A DNA stretch of 64,000 bases from an uncultured delta proteobacterium. GTDB taxonomy: Bacteria > Desulfobacterota > Binatia > UBA9968. The stretch spans positions 1-64,000 of the forward strand of contig CAVUVW010000020.1 in assembly GCA_963745035.1 (NCBI GenBank), read 5' to 3'. The position numbers and the translations under genes are program-made. Under the pieces are notes generated by a model. It ran no database searches. It saw only the letters and a list, made by a program, of their open reading frames with translations, and was not told where the DNA came from. Shown in pieces: positions 56,341 through 64,000 of the stretch (positions within the stretch are counted from its first letter, which is position 1; each line of letters opens with the position of its first letter).

Positions 56341-56818
56341 CCTCCCGGTTTCTTTTCCATTACTGAATTTGTTGCGTTGGGCGGGGCTGACACTGCCAAC
56401 GTAGATTGTATTGGATTCAGTTTGGCAGTCGCCACCCTGAAGGGGAAAGGAAACTAGTCGTGGAAGATTTTCCTATTTTGTTAAAGGTTATTGTTTGGCT
56501 GGTTGTCGGCGGCACCGTTGCTTATGCTATCGGCGCTGCGATCTATAGCGGGATGATGGGATAAAGCTCAGGTCCAGGCACGTCGGGCTCCAACGTGCGA
56601 AAAAACCTTCGGGATATTGTGCTGGTCGCCATCATGGTTGTCATTTTTTACTTGGCTCTTCAACTGCTGTTGGGAAGCTAGACGTCACCATCGCGCAACT
56701 TGGACATAAGCCGTATGGTGTTGCTCGTTTTTCTTGACCAGCTTGTCGATGAAGGTGATAGGGTGAATCAGTTTGGTCATGGTCCATGGATCCCGTGATT
56801 TAGTCGGCGGTCACTGCG

Positions 56819-57013
56819 TTGGATTCATGCCCGCATTGCGGCAGTCATAGCTTCGAGCGCTCTCATCGCAGCCGCTGGGAACGTTTGTTGAGCAGCCCCA
56901 TAAATGCACGCCTGTTTCGCTGCCGTGATTGCAACTCCCGCTATTGGGTAACTCCAAACGGCATTTGGGGACGTGGCTTTTTTCATCTTCTTTGGTTGCT
57001 GATTCGACGATAA
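56819..57013 (+). CDS. Small zinc-ribbon protein
   Basis: CPHCGS..RSHR..FRCRDCNSRYW. Confidence 0.55.
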   Translation: MDSCPHCGSHSFERSHRSRWERLLSSPINARLFRCRDCNSRYWVTPNGIWGRGFFHLLWLLIRR

Positions 57014-57687
57014 ATTCGCTGTTTCATACTTCGTCGAGCAGAGTGTGAAATTGGACGATGCCGACTCGGTTGATGGCTGTGCGTCGGCAACTTCGTTGTT
57101 GAGCGCTTGCAACAGCAGAGTATCGAGCGCCCCGTCTAGCAACGAGCATGCGCTCTACGGTGGAAAGATCGCGGCCAAGATTGGCCTCAAGCTGGCGCGC
57201 CGTTTCGAGCACCATTTTCCCGATGATCGTCCGCTTATCCAGTCCGCCACCCGGCTCTTAACCGGCCTACCAGGGAATAATATGAGAGTGAGGGGTCCTC
57301 CACGAGCGTGTCGCCCCTTCCCTGCTCCGCCCCGCTGCCACAACCTTGCTCGACACTGGTTCGATTTCTATGCCTAACCCTACTCTAAACATTCAGATAA
57401 AATCAGACAGCGGCTAAAAACGCCTGTATCTCGAATATTTACAAAGCGCCGCTCGACTACCACTTCAGTGCGTCTCGGCAAATTTCCACACCCCGGCGTT
57501 CGCTGCGCATAGCTCAATAAGGGCACCGCAGGCGCATCAGGACTGCGCGAATGTTGTCGGAATCTTTTTAGCTGTCGGTGGTGGTCGATGCTTGTCGATT
57601 CCGCACAAGCACGAGGATTATTCTGTCTGTGGCTGACGGTGGTATAGCGGAGAGGTGGGTCGGTGCTGACTTTCGAGTCAAGCGCCT

Positions 57688-58200
57688 TCAACCGGGCTCG
57701 GCCACCTCTCCGTGTGTTTGGCGTTTTTGCTGCCGCAGACGCGCAAAAAAATCGGCGAGCAAAGCCGCCGACTGCTCGGCAAGCACGCCGCCGATGGCGG
57801 GCAATTGGTGATTCAGCCGTTGATCCTCACATAAACGATAAAGCGATTCAACCGCGCCGGCCTTGGGATCGAGACAGCCAAACACCAACCGGCGCATACG
57901 TGCCTGAAGGATCGCGCCGGCGCACATCAGACAAGGCTCCAAAGTAACGTACATGTCGCATTCTTCGAGACGCCAGGTGCGCAGGTGGCCCGCCGCGGCG
58001 GCGAGCGCGATCATCTCGGCGTGGGCCAGAGGACTCTGCCGCTCCTCGCGCCGGTTAAACCCGGCGCCCACGACCTCTGCGCCAAGAACGACCACCGCGC
58101 CCACCGGCACTTCTCCCTTGGCCGCCGCTTGGCGCGCCTCGGACAGCGCCAGATTCATGTAGCGGATGTCTTGGTTTTCCATTTCGGGACGGAATTCCAA
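57688..58200 (-). CDS. tadA: tRNA adenosine(34) deaminase
   Basis: EVPVGAVV, AHAE, YVTLEPCLMCAGA, DPKAGA. Confidence 0.95.
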   Translation of the reverse strand: MEFRPEMENQDIRYMNLALSEARQAAAKGEVPVGAVVVLGAEVVGAGFNRREERQSPLAHAEMIALAAAAGHLRTWRLEECDMYVTLEPCLMCAGAILQARMRRLVFGCLDPKAGAVESLYRLCEDQRLNHQLPAIGGVLAEQSAALLADFFARLRQQKRQTHGEVAEPG

Positions 58201-58367
58201 TGTACCACGCGCGGCGCGGTGACGGAACGCACGCGGGGCGACGTGGCGGTTGGTTTTCCTGGATTACCGGTTCACAGGCAGCAAAGCATTGTCTACCAGC
58301 GGAAGGATTACCCCCGCCGGGAAAATTGTTCTCGGCCGCGGATTTCGCGTTGAGCGAAAGCTTACGC

Positions 58368-59186
58368 TCACGGGTGCATGTATTCGATTGGCGGGGGCTC
58401 GATGTCGGTGACCACCTCGGTGACGCCCTTGACGGTCTGGGCGATGCGCACGATCTCCTTTTCCAACTCGGGGTCGGCCAGAATACCGGAAATGTTGACC
58501 CGCCCGCTGTCGCTTTTTACGTTCAGTACCACGTTGCGCGTTTTCGGCGAAGTGATGAGCGCGGCCTGAACCCGCGCGGTGGTCGCGAGATCCTGAAACG
58601 CCTTGATCGACTCGGCGGTCGGCTGAAACTCCGGCCGGCGTACGGTATCGGCGATCAGCGCCGCGCCGGAATCGGCGTTGAACCTGGAGCCGTTCAAAAC
58701 CAGATCCTGCCCCACCGGGTCCTGCCAATCCTCGTTGAACAGCGCGCGAAAGCGACGGCTGCGCACCCGGTCGAGCTCGCGCAGATATTGCCGCGCGTTG
58801 TCGACGGCCATGCCTTTCTGCGCGCGCACCTGCTCGATGCGATACTCGATGGGCGCGACGACGAGCACCTTCAGCACGTGGCCGATGGCCGGCAGCAGTT
58901 GCCTGCCTGCGCGGCCGTAGTACACCACCCGGTCTTCCTCCACCACTTCGCACATGGCGGCCTGCAAGGTGATTCGGTAGAGCCGGAGGCTCTCGCGCCA
59001 GCGTTCCCACCAGTGCCCTTCGGCCTCGAGCACCTCGGTGTACTTTGCCTCCGGGATACCGTAGCGCTTGCTCGCTTCGATCAACACTTCCCGATCGATG
59101 GAGCGGTAGTCCAGAGTCACCGCCACTTTTTCGGCTATCGCACTGCCGCCGCTGTAGGCCGCGTGCGCTATCGTTACGATCGACAT
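58368..59186 (-). CDS. Cytidylate-kinase-like protein with a C-terminal BON domain
   Basis: IVTIAHAAYSGG, VYYGRAG, DLVLN; C-terminal ARVQAAL..VKGVTEV. Confidence 0.8.
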   Translation of the reverse strand: MSIVTIAHAAYSGGSAIAEKVAVTLDYRSIDREVLIEASKRYGIPEAKYTEVLEAEGHWWERWRESLRLYRITLQAAMCEVVEEDRVVYYGRAGRQLLPAIGHVLKVLVVAPIEYRIEQVRAQKGMAVDNARQYLRELDRVRSRRFRALFNEDWQDPVGQDLVLNGSRFNADSGAALIADTVRRPEFQPTAESIKAFQDLATTARVQAALITSPKTRNVVLNVKSDSGRVNISGILADPELEKEIVRIAQTVKGVTEVVTDIEPPPIEYMHP

Positions 59187-59448
59187 GACCGGATCTCCTT
59201 TCCTGACCGAAGTCGCATCACCGTTAGAAACTGTCTTCGCCCCCCTACTACATCTTTCGCAAGGGCGCGACAAGCCCTGATTTAACAAAGAAGCTTCGGC
59301 GCGCGAGCGCAGGAGGGCAATCCATCATCGCATGGCGCTCGATCTCAAGAAACAGATGATCGAAGGTATGGCCGGAATAGTGCGGCGCCGATTCGGCGCG
59401 GCGCGAGAAATTGTTCGAGCAGGAGTCTTGGCGGCGGCGAGGGTTGAA

Positions 59449-59883
59449 TCAGGCTCTGGAGTGCGCCGTAGGCGTCGGCGGAGCAGTCGCGATTGCTGCC
59501 TCGCTGCGGCGCAGATAGCGCCGGATATGCGCCATGAGGTCGATCATCTTCACCGGCTTTTTGAGAAAATCTTCGCAGCCGCCGTAGAGAGCGGCGCTTC
59601 TCAGATAGGAAAAGATGCTCATGGCGACGATCGGAATCTTCTGCAGGCGCGGGTCTTCTTTCATGAGCGCCACGAACTCCAAGCCGTTCATGTCGGTAAG
59701 ATCGAGCTCGAGCAGGACCAAATCCGGATGAAACTCCAGTGCCTTTCGCAGCCCTCCCTCGCCGGTCACGGCAACCAGCGGCCGGAACCCGGCAAACATC
59801 ACCTGCTTGACGAGTAGCTGGGTATAATTAGGCTGCTTTTCGACGATGAGGATGATCTTGGAAGTTTCTACGGCGGTCTTCAT
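59449..59883 (-). CDS. Atypical receiver-domain protein
   Basis: ILIVEK, PDLVLLELDL (Glu at the phospho-Asp position), MNGLE, KKP. Confidence 0.8.
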   Translation of the reverse strand: MKTAVETSKIILIVEKQPNYTQLLVKQVMFAGFRPLVAVTGEGGLRKALEFHPDLVLLELDLTDMNGLEFVALMKEDPRLQKIPIVAMSIFSYLRSAALYGGCEDFLKKPVKMIDLMAHIRRYLRRSEAAIATAPPTPTAHSRA

Positions 59884-60086
59884 ACTTGCGACCAACACTG
59901 CGAGCAACCCCCGTGCCCGCGGCCAGGTCGCCGGCTATCCTTGTGGCCCTGGCTTTGAGGGTGATGGCTTCCTTCAATGCGTCATGGATTCGCAAAAGCG
60001 GGCAAGCGGTGACCCGCGCGAAATTGTCCGCGGCGCCGATCTTGTACACCCGAGGCGCCTGTTAACGAGGATTGTTCAACACCGCG

Positions 60087-60350
60087 TCATTTGATGGTGC
60101 GGCCCCGGAGCACGATGCCGCGTGGATCAGTGCATTCGCATGGCTCGCCGGCGGGTCCCAAACCATACGGACAAGTAAACCGCACGACGTTGCATTCCCG
60201 CTCGGTGAGATTATCGGCGATGCGCTCGAAAAAGCCGCGCGGCGGCTCGGACCGGAGCTTGGCATCAGCGGGACTGCCCCCCGAGCATGCCCAGAGCGAG
60301 CTTGTGGCGGCCAAGGCGAAAAAGATCGCCGCGAAATCCTTGAGCGACAT
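60087..60350 (-). CDS. Small Cys-rich putative lipoprotein
   Basis: LWAC lipobox; ECNVVRFTCP..GEPCEC. Confidence 0.6.
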   Translation of the reverse strand: MSLKDFAAIFFALAATSSLWACSGGSPADAKLRSEPPRGFFERIADNLTERECNVVRFTCPYGLGPAGEPCECTDPRGIVLRGRTIK

Positions 60351-60530
60351 AACGTCCGGCTACGTTCTGCCGATTGTACGCCTCAAAAGCGGCCTTGAAA
60401 ACTGTAAGTTTTGGGCAGCCTGTCGCCGGGGTGGCGAGATGGGTAAGCGCCGCAGGGCATCGTGCGCTGCTCCGCTACCAATTGGCGCTCGCCGCCTCGA
60501 AAGAGCGGCGAGCCGAACCCGCTGCGGCGC

Positions 60531-62463
60531 TCACGAAGGGCTGTCGTTCCACGCCCGCGGCTTATCGCGAAATGGATTTCTGTCCTTGTCCTTGCTTCCG
60601 TCGATTCTCCGGATCTTGAGAGCCGCCAATAGCTCCGGGCGCTCGACCACTTCCTTTTCCAGCAGCAGCTTGGCCACTTCTTCGAGCGCCGGGCGATGGG
60701 CCGCCAGAATCTCGCGAACCTTCTTCTGCGCTTCGATCAGAAGATTTTTGATCTCTTCATCGACCATGCGCGCGGTCTCGTCGCTGTACACTCTATTCCC
60801 GGCGGCTCCGGGAATCGGCAAAAATGGCGTAGTCCGCGGCGCCTCCAAAGCGACGATGCCTAACTTTTCGCTCATGCCGAACTGGGTCACCATGGTGCGG
60901 GCAATCTCCGTCGCCCTCTGCAGGTCATTCTGTGCCCCGGTGGACACGTCGCCAAAAACGATCTCCTCGGCGACCCTTCCGCCCAGCAGAGTGTAGATGC
61001 GCGCCAGCAGCTCCGTGCGGGTCATCAAGTAGCGGTCCTCGGTGGGCAGTTGCTGCGTGTAGCCGAGCGCGGACAAGCCGCGCGGGATGATCGAGATCTT
61101 GTTCACCGGATCGGCGCCGGGAACCAGCTCCGCGACCAGCGCGTGGCCGGTTTCGTGATAGGCCACGGTTTTTTTTTCGCGCGGGTTCATGACCCGATTC
61201 TTTTTCTGCAATCCAGCGACGACTCTCTCGATGGCCTCGTCGAAATCGCCGGTTTCCACCGCTTGCTTACCCTGACGCGCTGCCAGCAGCGCCGCTTCGT
61301 TGACGATGTTGGCCAAGTCCGCGCCGACGAATCCCGGCGTCTTGGCCGCGATGTGGGCGAGGTCAACCGAGCGCGCGACTTTGATTTTTTTCGCGTGCAG
61401 CCTGAGGATGCGCTCGCGCCCTTTGATGTCCGGTCTGATCGACCAGCACCTGGCGGTCGAATCGTCCCGGTCGCAGCAGTGCGGCGTCGAGAATCTCCGG
61501 GCGGTTGGTGGCGGCCATGATGATCACGCCCTGGTTCGGATCGAAGCCGTCCATTTCCGCGAGCAGCTGGTTGAGAGTTTGCTCCCGTTCGTCATGGCTC
61601 GACATGACGTTGATGCCGCGCGACTTGCCGAGGGCGTCGAGCTCATCGATGAAGACAATGCTCGGCGCATGCTGCACCGCCTGAGCGAAGAGATCGCGCA
61701 CCCGCGCGGCTCCCACGCCGACGAACATCTCGACGAAATCGGAACCGGAAATGCTGAAAAACGGCACCCCGGCCTCTCCCGCCACGGCGCGGGCCAGCAG
61801 GGTTTTCCCCGTGCCGGGTGGGCCGACCAGCAACACGCCTTTGGGAATGCGGCCGCCAAGCCGCTGATACTTCTGGGGTGTGCGCAGAAACTCAACGACC
61901 TCGGCGAGCTCCTCCTCCGCCTCATCGATGCCTTCGACGTCGGCGAATGTGACGCCGGTTTTCTTCTCGATATAAACCTTAGCTTTGCTTTTTCCGAGCT
62001 GCATCAAGCCGCCGCCCGAGCTCACACGGCGAAATAGATAAGTCCATAGCAAAAAGAACAAGACCACCGGCACGACCCACGAGAGCAGCGTCGGCAGCCA
62101 CTGGCTCACCATCTCGCCGCGAAACGGAATACCGGCGGCCTCCAACTCCGCGACCAGATCGTCCTCGCTTACCCGTACGGTCATGAACGGCAGCGGCGCC
62201 TTCGCCGCCTCGGCATCGCCGCGCCGCGCCTTGGCCCGCTTGGGCGGCAGCACTTCGGCCACGCCCTCCGGCTTAATCTGCCCGCGGATCGTGTCGTCGG
62301 TCACCACCAGATCGGTGACCAGTTTTTTTCTGACGAGATTTTTAAATTCGCTGTAGGAAATCGTTTCCGGCTGCGGCGATGCAAAATAGTATTGCAACAC
62401 AAACAGCATGAACAAGGCCACCACAAAGTAGCCGATCGAAAGCCGCTGTTTTCTCTTGTCCAA
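60531..62463 (-). CDS. ftsH: ATP-dependent zinc metalloprotease (indel near 61435)
   Basis: Two TM helices, [33 protein letters not shown]. Confidence 0.95.
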
Positions 62464-62815
62464 TTGGTCCTCGCTGTTCTACGCTTCGGCAGCTCATCGG
62501 CGCGCGCCGCGATGGCGGCGAGTCGAAGCGATTATCTGGAGCGGCAAAGCCGCACAAGCCGCATTGGTGGGCGACGACTCCTTCGCGGAACTGAACACGG
62601 CTACGCCTACTGCGCGGCCACATTCTTGTCGGTGATCTAGCTCAACGCGCTCATTTTCGAATGTGCGACATGGGGTTGATTTCAGCTTCGCGCCGATTTG
62701 ATGGGAAGCTGCTTGATGACAACGCACCTTCCGTGCCACAACGGCCTCGCGAAAAATCGCCGGAACGGCGCTATGTGACGGGAGTTTAACGACAAGTCCG
62801 ATCAGGCGAACGAGC

Positions 62816-63274
62816 TCATGGGCGCGCCCCGGCTGACGAGATCGAAACGCGCAGAACGGCCTTACCGGCACCGCCGCGGCGTCGCTGCTTGCTCAAGCTT
62901 TTCCGCTGCGCAGCCGGGAAGCGGAGAGCTTCGCTCTGCTTGATGTTGCGCTCGCGCCACATTTTCAGGCCGGCGCGAATGTAGGCGGGTTCGAGATTGA
63001 GAATCTCACATAGATTTATAAACGAGAAATCCCATTTATGATCATTTTCCAAAAACCATTGATCGAGCTCTTTAAAGAGACGTCTTTCACGCCTCGTCCG
63101 GCAGTCGGCAAATTTCTGGTATTCACGGATCGCCTGCCAGAGAACGGCTTCAACCAACACATACTCGCCCATCTGGTGGCGCCACTGCCCGCCTGGCTCT
63201 TGCGCCGACAATGGAACTCGCGAACCGCCGTTGCCATCAAAGCTCGATTCCGCCGCGTACCTGTAAGCTCTCAT
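62816..63274 (-). CDS. Hypothetical protein
   Basis: AVLWQAI..W..WDFSFINLCEILNLEPAYIRAGL; start uncertain. Confidence 0.6.
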   Translation of the reverse strand: MRAYRYAAESSFDGNGGSRVPLSAQEPGGQWRHQMGEYVLVEAVLWQAIREYQKFADCRTRRERRLFKELDQWFLENDHKWDFSFINLCEILNLEPAYIRAGLKMWRERNIKQSEALRFPAAQRKSLSKQRRRGGAGKAVLRVSISSAGARP

Positions 63275-63674
63275 GCTGATTCTCTCCGAGAAATTTGAGC
63301 TGCGCCTCCGCAACGATCATGCCACGATCGCCTCGCGCGGATTTCTAGAACAACCGCTCTCTCGCAAGAAAACTTCATTCCAAATTCTTCGTACACAACG
63401 GCTAATCTAGCAGCGGGTACGCCAGTCCTCCTCCGCGAAACAGCACGCGCGGCAGCCTCAGGTGCCGTTTTTTAGCCCGATAAAAACCGTCTCGATTTCG
63501 GGAATAATACCTTTCCTCTGTCGCTAACGTGGGACAATCGACTATCTAACAGCAAGGTTTGGGCTGAAAACTACTGAATTATTTTTCAATGAGAAAAATT
63601 TCCTTCATGGTACATATTTTGCCAATACGACCGATCGCAATCTTACCCCCTGCGAAGCAGATCGGAACTCGCAA

Positions 63675-64000
63675 ATGGATCACTCACATACATGGGCAGT
63701 GGTGCTGGCCGGAGGAGAAGGGACCCGCGTGCGGAGTTTCCTCCAGCAGTTTTGTGGCGGCAGCGGACTGAAGCAGTTTTCGACGATCATCGGACAACGC
63801 TCGATGCTCCGTTGCACCCTGGATCGGGTGGTTCAGCTCATTCCGCCGGAACGCGTCTTGATCGTCGTCAGCGCGCACCATCGCGAGGAGGTAGAGGACC
63901 AACTCGCTCATTGGCCGCGCGAGAACATCATTTACCAGCCTGCCAATCGCGACACCGCTCCGGGAATCCTTTTGCCGCTGGCGCACATTACCAATCGGGA
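63675..64000 (+). CDS. Sugar-phosphate nucleotidyltransferase (mannose-1-phosphate guanylyltransferase-like), runs off the window
   Basis: WAVVLAGGEGTR, KQF, QPANRDTAPGILL. Confidence 0.88.
   Translation, partial: MDHSHTWAVVLAGGEGTRVRSFLQQFCGGSGLKQFSTIIGQRSMLRCTLDRVVQLIPPERVLIVVSAHHREEVEDQLAHWPRENIIYQPANRDTAPGILLPLAHITNR

Larger units (their letters stand above)
49342..57713. mobile_element. Decayed integrative element 2, bounded by a 43-bp direct repeat of the tRNA-Ser(CGA) 5' half
   Basis: TTTCGAGTCAAG...CTCTCCGT at 49342-49384 and 57671-57713; phage-like gene remnants inside. Confidence 0.85.

Overview
GC-rich bacterial chromosomal window. Gene content suggests a deltaproteobacteria-like lineage such as Candidatus Binatia; this is inference only. 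Single-base indels break many conserved genes and most likely reflect long-read errors. Layout: (1) 1-14 kb metal/metalloid resistance region: YHS-CopA copper ATPase cluster, chrA, MFS, cation antiporter and an arsR-arsI-arsC-aquaporin operon. (2) 14-34 kb Pho regulon cluster: phoX, ppx-arsC-like-sixA-CHAD, two tandem thymidylate-kinase-like genes, pstSCAB-phoU-phoB-phoR and DUF47-pit, with visible 11-bp-spaced Pho boxes. (3) Core recR-ybaB-dnaX-ffs-tRNA-Ser(GGA), then tRNA-Ser(CGA) and tadA; each tRNA has a decayed integrated element that duplicates the 5' half of the tRNA. (4) Cytidylate-kinase-like/BON gene, ftsH and a partial nucleotidyltransferase. Main findings: two adjacent hidden putative selenoproteins (a glutaredoxin-like protein and a PCYCGC Tat lipoprotein, each UxxC with a SECIS-like hairpin) at the end of the copper cluster; a probable PhoR-ArsC fusion; a Pho-box-preceded tandem TMK-like kinase pair among polyphosphate genes; 5'-half tRNA att duplications; and several locally expanded small-protein families.
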